From Candidatus Nanopelagicaceae bacterium (GTDB lineage Bacteria; Actinomycetota; Actinomycetes; Nanopelagicales; Nanopelagicaceae), in contig DAINQZ010000002.1 in NCBI GenBank assembly GCA_036742235.1, forward strand, positions 1-55,560: a stretch of 55,560 bases of DNA, written 5' to 3'. This document shows positions 17,867-27,618 of this stretch, piece by piece (the stretch's first letter is position 1; every line of letters begins with the position of its first letter). The position numbers and the translations under genes are program-made. The notes beneath the pieces were generated by a model. The model was not told the DNA's origin and did not search any database. It saw only the letters and a program-made list of their open reading frames with translations.

Positions 17867-20725
17867 ATGAATCACGAAGGCGAGAAGTTTGAAGTTCGCC
17901 ATATCGGGCCAACTGACTCTGATGAAGCGCAAATGCTTGGGGTCCTTGGTTATTCGGATATCAAGAAGTTCATCAGCGATGTCGTTCCTGCCAATATTCA
18001 GATTGAGAAGCAGTTATCTGAAGTTCTCGATACCGCAAAGAGTGAAGTCGCCGTCATCGCAGAACTCCGCGAGATCGCATCACAGAATCAGATCTTTACT
18101 TCACTTATTGGTGGTGGGTACTACGGAACCATCACGCCGCCGGTTATCAAGCGAAATGTCCTTGAGAATCCTGCCTGGTACACCGCATACACGCCTTATC
18201 AACCGGAGATCTCGCAAGGCCGCCTAGAAGCGCTCTTCGCATTCCAAACTGTCATCTGTGAAATGACTGCCCTAAAATTATCTAATGCCTCAATGCTCGA
18301 TGAAGGAACTGCGGCAGCAGAGGCAATGACCCTCGCTCGTCGTTCTTCGAAAGCTAGTGATGACGCCGTCTTCCTTATTGAAGAGCATGTACACCCACAG
18401 ACCAAAGCTGTCGTCGCAACTCGTGCAAAGCCACTGGGCATCAAGATTGTTGAAGTTGATTCCGGTCACCTCGTTCGCGATGGTTTTGATGGCGAGTTCT
18501 TCGGACTGCTCGTGCAGTACCCAGATGCAACGGGCGAGATCATCGACTATTCAAGTGTTGCTGAGTTTGCACATTCACGTGATGCTCTTGTTATTGCTGC
18601 GACTGATCTCCTTGCTCTCACCTTGCTCAAGGCACCAGGGGAGTGGGGCGCAGATATCGCGGTCGGAACTGCACAGCGCTTTGGTGTACCAATGGGATTC
18701 GGCGGACCGCATGCTGGCTTTATGGCAGTGCGTGTAGGACTAGAGCGTTCACTTCCTGGAAGACTCGTAGGTCAGAGCATCGATTCGCACGGAAATCCAG
18801 CTTTCCGGTTAGCGTTGCAAACTCGAGAGCAACATATTCGTCGCGATAAAGCGACAAGCAATATCTGTACGGCTCAGGTTCTCCTTGCAAATATGAGCGC
18901 TTTTTACGCAATGTGGCATGGACCAGTTGGTCTGCGTGCGATTGCAGAGCGAATTCACAATTATGCAACTCGCCTACAAAGTGCATCAGGGTCGCGCAAC
19001 GATAATATCTTCGATACGGTTACAGTCGATGTGAAGGATGCTGCAGCGATACATGCTGCTGCTGCTGAAAAGAAGATTAACTTCGGTCGAGTATCCGATA
19101 CTCAAATCAGAATCTCTTTCGATGAGACAACTACCAATGAGATTTTCAATGAGGTCCTTGAGATCCTCGGACTAGGGGATGGTAAAGCTCGGGAGATTGC
19201 ACCTGCGTTAAAGCGCGAATCGCTCTATCTCCAACATCCAGTCTTTAACACGTATCGCTCTGAGACTTCCATGATGCGCTATCTGCGCACATTGGCAGAT
19301 CGAGATCTTGCACTGGATCGCACCATGATCCCGCTTGGCTCATGCACAATGAAATTGAATGCAACTACGGAGATGGAAGCGGTCACCTGGCCAGAGTTCG
19401 CCTCGTTGCACCCATTTGCTCCGGCGGAACAGTCCAAGGGCTCGAGGCTCTTGATTGATCAGCTCTCGCAGTGGCTCATCAAGATAACCGGCTATGACGC
19501 GGTCTCGCTGCAACCAAATGCTGGTAGCCAGGGGGAGTTCGCTGGACTGCTCGCGATCCGCAATTATCACGATTCACGGGGCGATCACTCTCGCAATATC
19601 TGTTTGATCCCATCGAGCGCACATGGCACCAATGCGGCAAGTGCCGTTATGGCGGGCATGAAGGTGGTCGTCGTTGAATGCGATGAACACGGAAATGTTA
19701 GCTTGGAAGATTTGAAGGCGAAGATTGCCGAGTATGAATCGGCGTTGGCAGCGTTGATGGTCACATACCCATCGACCCACGGCGTCTTTGAATCTGCAAT
19801 CTCAGAGATCTGCGCGTTGATTCATGACGCAGGGGGACAGGTGTACGTCGATGGTGCAAATCTCAACGCACTTGTTGGTACTGCACAACCAGGTAAGTTC
19901 GGCGCAGATGTATCGCATCTGAACTTGCACAAGACTTTCTGTATTCCACATGGCGGCGGGGGACCAGGTGTTGGTCCAGTAATTGCCAAGGCGCACCTCG
20001 CACCGTTCTTGCCAAACCATCCTCTCGATCACCTTGCTGGTCCAGCAACTGGTCCAGGACCTATTTCTGCGGCACCATTTGGTTCAGCGAGCATTCTGCC
20101 GATCTCATGGGCTTACATCCGTTTGATGGGTGGAGAGGGACTCACGCACGCAACGGAAGTTGCGATCCTTAATGCCAACTACATGGCAGCACGACTAAAG
20201 AGTTCATATCCAATTCTCTATACAGGAGCTCATGGATTAGTGGCTCACGAATGTATTCTCGATATGCGAGAGATCACCAAGGTCTCGGGTGTAACGGTTG
20301 ACGATATTGCGAAGCGATTGATGGACTTTGGTTTCCATGCACCAACGATGTCCTTCCCAGTCGCCGGAACCTTGATGATCGAGCCAACTGAATCTGAAGA
20401 TATTCTCGAGATGAATCGCTTCATCGATGCAATGATCGCTATTCGTGGTGAGATCGATCAGATCATCGAAGGAAAGATCGCGGTTGAAGATTCGGCTCTC
20501 CGCCACGCTCCACACACCATTGGAGCTATTGCGGGATCAAACTGGGAGAGAAGCTACTCTCGCGAAGCCGGAGCCTTCCCAGCGACCCTTACGGGCTTAA
20601 TTCCGGGTGAATTGATCGGCACTAAGGGCAAGTACTGGCCAACAGTTGGTCGTATCGATGGTGCCTTTGGCGATCGAAACCTCGTCTGCTCATGTCCGCC
20701 GATTGCTGAACTGGCAATCAACTAG
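17867..20725 (+). CDS. gcvP: glycine dehydrogenase (decarboxylating), single-chain P protein
   Basis: 952 aa. Motifs [23 protein letters not shown], the PLP-lysine region [19 protein letters not shown], and a C-terminal domain typical of GcvP. Confidence 0.95.
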   Translation: MNHEGEKFEVRHIGPTDSDEAQMLGVLGYSDIKKFISDVVPANIQIEKQLSEVLDTAKSEVAVIAELREIASQNQIFTSLIGGGYYGTITPPVIKRNVLENPAWYTAYTPYQPEISQGRLEALFAFQTVICEMTALKLSNASMLDEGTAAAEAMTLARRSSKASDDAVFLIEEHVHPQTKAVVATRAKPLGIKIVEVDSGHLVRDGFDGEFFGLLVQYPDATGEIIDYSSVAEFAHSRDALVIAATDLLALTLLKAPGEWGADIAVGTAQRFGVPMGFGGPHAGFMAVRVGLERSLPGRLVGQSIDSHGNPAFRLALQTREQHIRRDKATSNICTAQVLLANMSAFYAMWHGPVGLRAIAERIHNYATRLQSASGSRNDNIFDTVTVDVKDAAAIHAAAAEKKINFGRVSDTQIRISFDETTTNEIFNEVLEILGLGDGKAREIAPALKRESLYLQHPVFNTYRSETSMMRYLRTLADRDLALDRTMIPLGSCTMKLNATTEMEAVTWPEFASLHPFAPAEQSKGSRLLIDQLSQWLIKITGYDAVSLQPNAGSQGEFAGLLAIRNYHDSRGDHSRNICLIPSSAHGTNAASAVMAGMKVVVVECDEHGNVSLEDLKAKIAEYESALAALMVTYPSTHGVFESAISEICALIHDAGGQVYVDGANLNALVGTAQPGKFGADVSHLNLHKTFCIPHGGGGPGVGPVIAKAHLAPFLPNHPLDHLAGPATGPGPISAAPFGSASILPISWAYIRLMGGEGLTHATEVAILNANYMAARLKSSYPILYTGAHGLVAHECILDMREITKVSGVTVDDIAKRLMDFGFHAPTMSFPVAGTLMIEPTESEDILEMNRFIDAMIAIRGEIDQIIEGKIAVEDSALRHAPHTIGAIAGSNWERSYSREAGAFPATLTGLIPGELIGTKGKYWPTVGRIDGAFGDRNLVCSCPPIAELAIN

Positions 20726-20730
20726 AACCA

Positions 20731-20754
20731 TAAGAGTGGGTCGGTTCACTCTTA
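20731..20754. terminator. hairpin between the convergent gcvP and glycosyltransferase genes (possible bidirectional terminator)
   Basis: TAAGAGTG (20731-20738) pairs perfectly with CACTCTTA (20747-20754) across the 8-nt loop GGTCGGTT. No clear U-tract follows on either strand, so its function is uncertain. Confidence 0.4.
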
Positions 20755-20770
20755 CTTAACATAATGTAGA

Positions 20771-21484
20771 TTATCGGCGATTAAACCTACGTTGGAAACC
20801 CCACTGCGTAGTACGAATCAGAGCCTCTATGACGATCTTCCGATTCATCTTCGACTTCCCCTTAGTGCGCTCAATAAAGGTGATCGGTACTTCTCGAACG
20901 ATTAATCCGCAATCATGGGCCAGCATCGCCATTTCAATTTGGAATCCATAACCAATGGTCTCTATTTCGTGCAGGTCGATACTTTCGAGGAGTATTCGGC
21001 TCAAGATTCGATAGCCGCCTGTGAGGTCCTTATAAGGCAATTTGAGAGCGATTTCGGCATACCGGGTACCCATACGCGAGATAGCCCTTCGGTATACCGG
21101 CCAATTCTCAACCTTGCCGCCCTTTATCCATCGGGTCCCGAGTACTAAGTCCACCCCAGGTGTTGCGGCTATTAACCGGGCCAGCTCTTCTGGTTGATGG
21201 GAGCCATCTGCATCCATCTCAATGAAGAAATCAAATCCTTGGGTTAATCCCCACTGGAAACCTGCCAAATATGCTGGTCCCAATCCTTCCTTCTTTGCCC
21301 GATTGAGAATATGAATTTTGGGATTCTGAAGGGCTGAGACGAGCTCTGCGGTTCCATCCGGGCTCGAGTCGTCGATCACCAGAATCTCAAGCCCGTTGAT
21401 ATTTAGGGCAAGAGTGCGCTCCAAAATTTCCACGATGCTCTCGGCCTCGTTATAGGTCGGGATACATAAAAGGTAGGTTGACAT
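20771..21484 (-). CDS. GT2-family polyprenol-phosphate glycosyltransferase (polyprenol monophosphomannose synthase-like)
   Basis: IPTYNEAESI...ILVIDDSSPDGT...EMDADGSHQPEEL is the GT-A DxD/ED pattern of Ppm1/DPM1-like enzymes. About 237 aa with no TM domain. Confidence 0.82.
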   Translation of the reverse strand: MSTYLLCIPTYNEAESIVEILERTLALNINGLEILVIDDSSPDGTAELVSALQNPKIHILNRAKKEGLGPAYLAGFQWGLTQGFDFFIEMDADGSHQPEELARLIAATPGVDLVLGTRWIKGGKVENWPVYRRAISRMGTRYAEIALKLPYKDLTGGYRILSRILLESIDLHEIETIGYGFQIEMAMLAHDCGLIVREVPITFIERTKGKSKMNRKIVIEALIRTTQWGFQRRFNRR

Positions 21485-21494
21485 AATGTCTGGA

Positions 21495-22394
21495 CTACCA
21501 ACCCAGGGCAGAGATCAATCGATCAACACTGGCGCCGAGGCCGTACTTATCCTTAAAGGCGTAGATATCACTGAGATCCTTCGGGGCTTTCGGAACTTTC
21601 AGTGCCATCTTTGGAAGCGGAACATCGAGAGCGCAATGAACGAGGGTCGGTGCGATTGCAATGTACTCACTCCCCTCGATCAATCTCTTTCTCAAAAGCG
21701 GCGTGAGTCGATCATCGTCATTGTGTGCAGCTTCGAGAGCCTCTTCAATTGTCTTAAATGAATTAGCGATTACAGCTGCACCTTTTTCGCCGATGCCGCG
21801 AACACCTGGAAGCCCATCGGAGGCATCGCCTCGAATCATGGCAAAGAGCGCATATCTCTCTCCGGGGATTCCATACTTCTGCGATACCCAATTGAGATCT
21901 ACCACTTCTTGCGCGGAGAATCCTTTTGCAAGATAAATAACTTTTACCTTACGTCGATCATCGACGAGTTGGAAGAGATCACGATCTCCAGTAACGATAA
22001 AGGTCGGACCCGGTTCATTCTTTGAATATGTTGCAATCAGATCGTCGGCTTCGTAGTCATCCACTCCAACCATCGGCATTCCAAAGAGATCGAGAATATC
22101 GAGAAGAAGTGGAATCTGTGGTGCGAGCGTATCGGGTTCATCCTCCTCCCCCTCTTCATCTACACGGTTAGCTTTGTAACCCGGAAAGAGATCGGTCCGC
22201 CATGTTGGACGCCAATCGCCTTCAAGACAGGCAACGATTCGATCTGGTTTGTATTGAGTGATTAGCCGCGCTGTCATGTCGAGGAAACCGCGTATCGCAT
22301 TGACTGGCGTGCCGTCAGGTGAAACTAAGGTATCTGGCATTCCGTAGTAGGCGCGGTACCAGAGTGATGCACTATCGATGAGTAGAAGGGTCAT
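21495..22394 (-). CDS. 5'-3' exonuclease / flap endonuclease (Pol I N-terminal-domain homologue, Rv2090-like)
   Basis: LLLIDSASLWYRAYYG, the acidic cluster VGVDDYEADDLIAT and IVTGDRDLFQLV, and the H3TH region GDASDGLPGVRGIGEKGA. Confidence 0.88.
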   Translation of the reverse strand: MTLLLIDSASLWYRAYYGMPDTLVSPDGTPVNAIRGFLDMTARLITQYKPDRIVACLEGDWRPTWRTDLFPGYKANRVDEEGEEDEPDTLAPQIPLLLDILDLFGMPMVGVDDYEADDLIATYSKNEPGPTFIVTGDRDLFQLVDDRRKVKVIYLAKGFSAQEVVDLNWVSQKYGIPGERYALFAMIRGDASDGLPGVRGIGEKGAAVIANSFKTIEEALEAAHNDDDRLTPLLRKRLIEGSEYIAIAPTLVHCALDVPLPKMALKVPKAPKDLSDIYAFKDKYGLGASVDRLISALGW

Positions 22395-24787
22395 GCGACT
22401 GCACCTGCATAACTGATAATGCCTCGATCGACGCGCTCAAGTGCGGTTCGAGCAACACCCTCGAGATGAGGTGTTGCATTCGCGATCTGACGCAGAAGAT
22501 CGATGATCTGTTTCATAGAGCGAACGAAGTCGCCGACGGTTAACTCAGTCCCCTTGAGAATTGCCGAGAGTGAATGACCACTAGCCCAGCGGTAGGAGGC
22601 CATGCAGAAGCCGAAGTCAGGCTCACGCATAGCCTCTAGCCCAATTTCGACTTCATCTTCATGGATGCCATTCCATGTTGTCGTAAGGTCGACGAGCGCC
22701 CGCTGCACCGCACCATGTGGAACCTTTGGCGTCTCATCTCGACGTGCCTCATAGACCAGTGCAGATAGGACGCTGACGATTTCAGATGCATTGAGTTCGT
22801 CGAAGGCTCCTTGGCGGATCATCTCCGCAATCAAGAGATCAGTTTCGCCGTAGATCTTTGCAAGGACGAGTCCCCACTTAGTGATGACTCCCCCTTCGAG
22901 ATATCCGTACTTCTCCAGCATAATTTGTACGAGATCAAATCTTCGTGCTATCAAGTCAGTTCGGTTGCTCACTCGATCACTGAGCCCAATAATCTCCTTG
23001 CGAAGTCTTCCGGCGCGCTCAGCGATGCGGGCATGAAATTCGCGATCTGAACAACCATGACAAGGATGATTTCGCATCGCCTTTCTTGTTGCGATGATCT
23101 CCTCTTCAATCAGAAGTGCCTTACTCTTCTTCTGCTTATTCATCGACTTCTCAAGATCCTTGATCTGAGCACGAAGGTTCCAGTACTCGTCAAAGTCTCC
23201 GAGGTGACATTCCATCTCTGCGAGTAAGGAATCGAGACCCGTTTCATTACGTTTGATTTGACGAGCTAATCCAACGACCGCCTTATCCGCTTGGTATTGA
23301 GCGAATGAGGCTTCCAAACTTGTTCGAGCCCGCTCTGCGCCAAATTGAGATATTAGATTGATCGTCATGTTGTACGTTGGCTTGAATGAACTCTTAAGCG
23401 GATAGGTACGAGTCGATGCAAGACCGGCTACCGATGCCGAATCGACATCCTTGTTCCATAAGATGACGGCATTTCCTTCGATATCAATGCCGCGTCGTCC
23501 GGCTCGTCCCGTGAGCTGGGTGTACTCCCCTGGAGACACAGAGACGTGAGATTCGCCATTCCATTTACTCAACTTCTCGAGAACGACGGTCCGAGCTGGC
23601 ATATTGATGCCGAGTGCAAGAGTTTCGGTGGCGAATACACACTTCACCAAGCCAAGCTGGAAGAGTTCTTCAACTGTCTCCTTAAAAGATGGCAAGAGAC
23701 CGGCATGGTGTGCGGCAATTCCTCGCTCGAGCGCCTCGAGCCATTCGTGAAACCCTAGGACGGCGAGATCTTCATCGGGAATATTCTTCGTTGCTCGAAA
23801 TGCAATCTCTCGGATCTGGGCTCGTTCTTCGGCGTTAGTTAATCGGATTCCCGCAGCAAGGCATTGATGAACGGCAGCCTGGCATGCGTTGCGAGAGAAG
23901 ATGAAGGTGATCGCAGGAAGCAGACCTTCACGGGCGAGCTTCTCAATCACATCTGCCCGATTCAATTGACGGATCTTTGGAGAGATACTCTCCTCGCGCC
24001 AGTTTCTTTGGTTGGTCTTTCCCGAGGCTCCATACTTTACGCGTGCCTGCCTAAAGCTATCTTTCTCAAGTCGAACAATCTCTGGATTAATTTTCCCGGT
24101 CTCTAAGAAAAGATCTAGAAGCTGGTTACCAAAGAGAACATGTTGATAGAGCGGAACCGGCCGAACTTCGCTGACGATCACTTCGGTCTGACCACGGACT
24201 TCATTGAGCCAATCTCCAAACTCTTCAGCATTCGAGACAGTTGCAGATAGCGAAGCAACTTGGATCGTCTCAGGAAGGTGAATGAGAATCTCCTCCCAAA
24301 CCGCTCCCCTAAATTTATCGGCGAGATAGTGAACCTCATCCATCACAACAAAGCCGAGATCGCGCATCGTGTGAGAGTTGGAATAGATCATGTTACGTAA
24401 AACTTCGGTTGTCATGACGACCAGCGGTGCTTCTGAGTTGATTGTGGTATCACCGGTGAGCAGACCTACCCGCTCTTCGCCGTACATCTCCTTGAGATCT
24501 TGGAATTTCTGATTGGAAAGCGCCTTAATGGGTGCGGTGTAGAAACATTTCTTACCTTGTTGAATGGCGAGGAATGCGGCGAACTCACCGACGATTGTCT
24601 TGCCAGCGCCGGTTGGAGCAGCGACGAGAACACCCTTGCCATCTTCAAGCGCCCGACAGCCTTCGATCTGAAAATCATCAAGAGAGAAGGGAAAGTTATT
24701 CGCAAAGGCGCTTACTTGGACATAGCGATTACGAGCCTTGGCTGCCGCAAATCGTTCTGCTGGCGATAACTCGATACTCACTTCCAT
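22391..24787 (-). CDS. helY: Ski2-like DEAD/DEAH-box RNA helicase HelY
   Basis: Walker A APTGAGKT, DEVH box (VVMDEVHYL), SAT, a helicase C domain (QLTGRAGRRGID), and the arch/DSHCT-like C-terminal half. It lies upstream of tatC, as Rv2092c does. Confidence 0.9.
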   Translation of the reverse strand: MEVSIELSPAERFAAAKARNRYVQVSAFANNFPFSLDDFQIEGCRALEDGKGVLVAAPTGAGKTIVGEFAAFLAIQQGKKCFYTAPIKALSNQKFQDLKEMYGEERVGLLTGDTTINSEAPLVVMTTEVLRNMIYSNSHTMRDLGFVVMDEVHYLADKFRGAVWEEILIHLPETIQVASLSATVSNAEEFGDWLNEVRGQTEVIVSEVRPVPLYQHVLFGNQLLDLFLETGKINPEIVRLEKDSFRQARVKYGASGKTNQRNWREESISPKIRQLNRADVIEKLAREGLLPAITFIFSRNACQAAVHQCLAAGIRLTNAEERAQIREIAFRATKNIPDEDLAVLGFHEWLEALERGIAAHHAGLLPSFKETVEELFQLGLVKCVFATETLALGINMPARTVVLEKLSKWNGESHVSVSPGEYTQLTGRAGRRGIDIEGNAVILWNKDVDSASVAGLASTRTYPLKSSFKPTYNMTINLISQFGAERARTSLEASFAQYQADKAVVGLARQIKRNETGLDSLLAEMECHLGDFDEYWNLRAQIKDLEKSMNKQKKSKALLIEEEIIATRKAMRNHPCHGCSDREFHARIAERAGRLRKEIIGLSDRVSNRTDLIARRFDLVQIMLEKYGYLEGGVITKWGLVLAKIYGETDLLIAEMIRQGAFDELNASEIVSVLSALVYEARRDETPKVPHGAVQRALVDLTTTWNGIHEDEVEIGLEAMREPDFGFCMASYRWASGHSLSAILKGTELTVGDFVRSMKQIIDLLRQIANATPHLEGVARTALERVDRGIISYAGAVA

Positions 24788-25662
24788 ACCCTAAGTGATG
24801 CAGGCTCCACCTGGATCTCAACAGGTAGATTTCCTACAAACTCACCATCTGCGAAGGCCTTGGCTTGGGCTTCCACGTAGATCTGCTTGCCTCGGATTAC
24901 TTCGATCGCAGGATGAGTGATGTGCTTGCCTGAATAAACTTTAGGAAAGACTTTCAGGAGTTCAAATGTACTTACTCGGTTAAGGATCAACACATCTAAG
25001 ATTCCATCGGTGTTATCGGCCTCTGGACAGATCAGCATGCCACCACCATAGCTCGGGCCATTTGCAATGGCGATGAGCATAGCTTCTCGCTCGAAGGAAA
25101 TTCCATCTACGGTAATTGAAAAGTGCATGGGCTTGAATACCGGCAGCTCGCGCACCATCGCCACCACATATTTAGCTTTGCCGCGGACGCTGGTCATTGC
25201 ATTCGCTCGCTCATTGACCAAGGCATCGAAGCCAAGACTCAAGACCTGCACGCTAGTCCGAACCCCAGAAGCACTCTTTACTGTGAAGGAGTCGACTCGA
25301 GATGGTTGATCAAGGATGCGATGCAGATTCTCACTGAGTGATCGCCCTTTTGAACCAATCTCGCGAGCAAAGTCATTCCCAGTACCAGCGGGTATAACAG
25401 TGAAGGGAAGGTCATGCTCCTTCACTAGCGGAAGAATTGAGTGAAGCAACCCATCTCCCCCAACAGCAACAAGACCGCGCCACTCTTCCTTCTTAAGAAG
25501 TTCTCGGATTTTAGAGAGCATGAGATCTTCACCGTTCAAGGCAACAAGGGTGCTCTCAATGCCTTTGGTCTTGGCGAGGGAGATAAAACGAGAAGCTATC
25601 TTCAACGATCGACCTCTGCCAGAACGAGGATTGGCGACAACAAGAAGTGGCGACCTCGTCAC
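24778..25662 (-). CDS. diacylglycerol-kinase-family lipid kinase (DagK/YegS-like)
   Basis: NPRSGRGR, the catalytic GGDGLLH (VAVGGDGLLHSI) and GTGNDFAR motifs. It overlaps the helY start by 10 nt and the tatC stop by 4 nt. Confidence 0.85.
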   Translation of the reverse strand: MTRSPLLVVANPRSGRGRSLKIASRFISLAKTKGIESTLVALNGEDLMLSKIRELLKKEEWRGLVAVGGDGLLHSILPLVKEHDLPFTVIPAGTGNDFAREIGSKGRSLSENLHRILDQPSRVDSFTVKSASGVRTSVQVLSLGFDALVNERANAMTSVRGKAKYVVAMVRELPVFKPMHFSITVDGISFEREAMLIAIANGPSYGGGMLICPEADNTDGILDVLILNRVSTFELLKVFPKVYSGKHITHPAIEVIRGKQIYVEAQAKAFADGEFVGNLPVEIQVEPASLRVWK

Positions 25663-26411
25663 TCTGTAGCCCGCTTTTCACGGCTAGATTTCCGCTTGTC
25701 ATTGAGGAGGGCAATTCCGGCCGCACCAAAATATAGAGCTACCAATGGGATCGCGAGAATTGACATCGTCAGCGGATCTCCAGTGGGTGAGAAAGCCGCA
25801 GTGAAGAAGGCGATGCCGAAGATCGCTATTCGCCATGGTTTCACAATGGCTTTGCCGCTAAGGACCCCCGCGATGTTGAGTGCAACTAGTAGGACAGGAA
25901 GTTCGAAGGCACCACCAAAGACCAGAATTAACTTCAGTACGAAATTGAGATAGTCATCAAATCGAACGAGATTGTTGAGAGATGCTGGGGTGAAACCTAG
26001 GAGCGTCTTCACTGCCAAGGGCAAGGTGAGATAGCCGAGGTAGGCCCCACCTAGAAAAAATGGCGTCGCTGCCGTAATGAAGATAAAAGAGTATTTCTTT
26101 TCTCGGCGATGCAAACCTGGAGCAACAAAGGCCCACAATTGATAGAGCCAGAAGGGTGAGGAGAAGATAATGCCAACTAGGAAAGAGACGGTTACCTGAA
26201 GATTGAGTGGACCAAGAACGCCATTAACATAGAGGGAACCGCAATGGCCAAGACCTGAGAGCCCAGGTCTATGAAGATCGCAGATTGGTTGAGCAAGTTT
26301 ATTGACGATCTTGGGATAGAGAGACCAGCCGATGCCAGATCCAACAACAATCGCTGCGGCGGCTCGGACGATACGTTTACGTAACTCTCGAAAATGTTCG
26401 AGAAGAGGCAT
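25659..26411 (-). CDS. tatC: twin-arginine translocase subunit TatC
   Basis: MPLLEHFRELRKRIV is the canonical TatC N-terminus, followed by six TM segments. I prefer ATG 26411 (SD GAGGGTGG upstream) over the track's TTG 26435. Confidence 0.9.
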   Translation of the reverse strand: MPLLEHFRELRKRIVRAAAAIVVGSGIGWSLYPKIVNKLAQPICDLHRPGLSGLGHCGSLYVNGVLGPLNLQVTVSFLVGIIFSSPFWLYQLWAFVAPGLHRREKKYSFIFITAATPFFLGGAYLGYLTLPLAVKTLLGFTPASLNNLVRFDDYLNFVLKLILVFGGAFELPVLLVALNIAGVLSGKAIVKPWRIAIFGIAFFTAAFSPTGDPLTMSILAIPLVALYFGAAGIALLNDKRKSSREKRATE

Positions 26412-26443
26412 CCGGCCACCCTCTTGGGCGACCAATGTAGGTA

Positions 26444-26620
26444 CTACTTCTTCTGGTCTGAATCTGGCTTGGAATCGTCGCCAGTATCTTTAAGTTCGGA
26501 CTTGAAGATCTTTAATGACTTTGCAATTGATTTGGCGGAATCTGGAAGTCGCTTCGCGCCGAAGAGTACGACCAGAACAAGAATGATAAAAAGCCAGTGA
26601 CTTGGCTGATCTAAACCCAT
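26444..26620 (-). CDS. tatA: twin-arginine translocase subunit TatA (58 aa; below the ORF-track length cutoff)
   Basis: Hand translation of the minus strand from ATG (26620-26618): [58 protein letters not shown]. This is a TM helix plus an FGxxKLP-type hinge (FGAKRLP) plus an amphipathic helix. SD GGGGAG lies 6 nt upstream, and the gene sits immediately upstream of tatC. Confidence 0.9.
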   Translation of the reverse strand: MGLDQPSHWLFIILVLVVLFGAKRLPDSAKSIAKSLKIFKSELKDTGDDSKPDSDQKK

Positions 26621-26676
26621 GAGAACTCCCCATTCTTAGCGACCGATGCCGCCCTACGAGCTTGTCTGCTACAAGA

Positions 26677-27618
26677 TTAGCGGTATTGGCCGAGAACCGC
26701 ATCCAACCGCCCATAGAACTCTTTGGTGAATCCGGGTGGTCCGAGCACCTCAACGCGCCCAGGCAGGGCTAGTAGTTCACGAAGGAGCCATTCGTAGTCG
26801 CCGACAGAAAATGTGGCGAGTAAATCCGAGCCGTGAGATACGACACTCTCAACAATCGAATTATGGGCCTCAAGGAAGTAGCGATTTCGAGGAGAGAGAA
26901 CGGCGGTCACCACAAGCAAATCTGGCTTCTCTACGGAACGAGCAGGACGCTCCCTCTTAGATTGTTCACTCACTTCGGTGGCTTTCACCGAGAGAATTCG
27001 ATCATGTCGGAAGTGGCGCTCCTCCCCTGCCTTCGAACAGAATGCAATGGTGTAGAGATGATCGCGCTCGAGATACGTTGAAATCGGGGAAATAATCCGA
27101 GTTGATATCTCATCGGTACTCGCAGATCGGTAGGTGATTTCAAGGGATGTTTGATGTGCAAGCGCCTGCGCAATCACAACGTCGACTTCGCCTATTGACT
27201 TCGCTTCGCCCTGGATAACCGTAGCAATCGGTTCTGCCTCCTCGTTCAGCAATGCAGTAAAGCGTCCGCGCAGATCAACTGCCTTTCGCTTCAACTCTTC
27301 ATCCCCGATTAACGGAATCAAGAGATCTAAGCCTAATGTGAGAGAGGTTGTCTCAATTCGGGAGAGTTTTCGAGGTTTATCTAAGTTTTGTGGATTCCGG
27401 ATGGCTACGTAATCCTCCTCAAGTTCCATATCAATCAATTCCAGATGGGTGTACCCAGGAAGACCACACATGAAGAGCATCTCGAGGTCTTTGAAGATTT
27501 GTGATGGAGTGCTCTCGAATTTTATGGCCAGTTCTTCGATACTCAACCCTGGATTTGCAGCAACAAATGGAATGAGGTCGAGGGCTCGGGAAGTTCGCTC
27601 TAACGCAGTTTCAGCCAT
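26677..27618 (-). CDS. pafC: WYL-domain transcriptional regulator PafC
   Basis: An HTH N-terminus plus WYL-type middle and C-terminal domains. It is paralogous to the adjacent upstream gene and overlaps it by 8 nt. The order pafB-pafC-tatA-tatC matches Rv2096c-Rv2093c. Confidence 0.8.
   Translation of the reverse strand: MAETALERTSRALDLIPFVAANPGLSIEELAIKFESTPSQIFKDLEMLFMCGLPGYTHLELIDMELEEDYVAIRNPQNLDKPRKLSRIETTSLTLGLDLLIPLIGDEELKRKAVDLRGRFTALLNEEAEPIATVIQGEAKSIGEVDVVIAQALAHQTSLEITYRSASTDEISTRIISPISTYLERDHLYTIAFCSKAGEERHFRHDRILSVKATEVSEQSKRERPARSVEKPDLLVVTAVLSPRNRYFLEAHNSIVESVVSHGSDLLATFSVGDYEWLLRELLALPGRVEVLGPPGFTKEFYGRLDAVLGQYR

Noticed and set aside
26490-26753. The 87-aa minus-strand ORF from the track (MRCSDHPDSPKSS...).
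   Set aside because: It has no recognisable motifs, overlaps the pafC 3' end, and overlaps the region that encodes a canonical TatA in another minus-strand frame (26444-26620).
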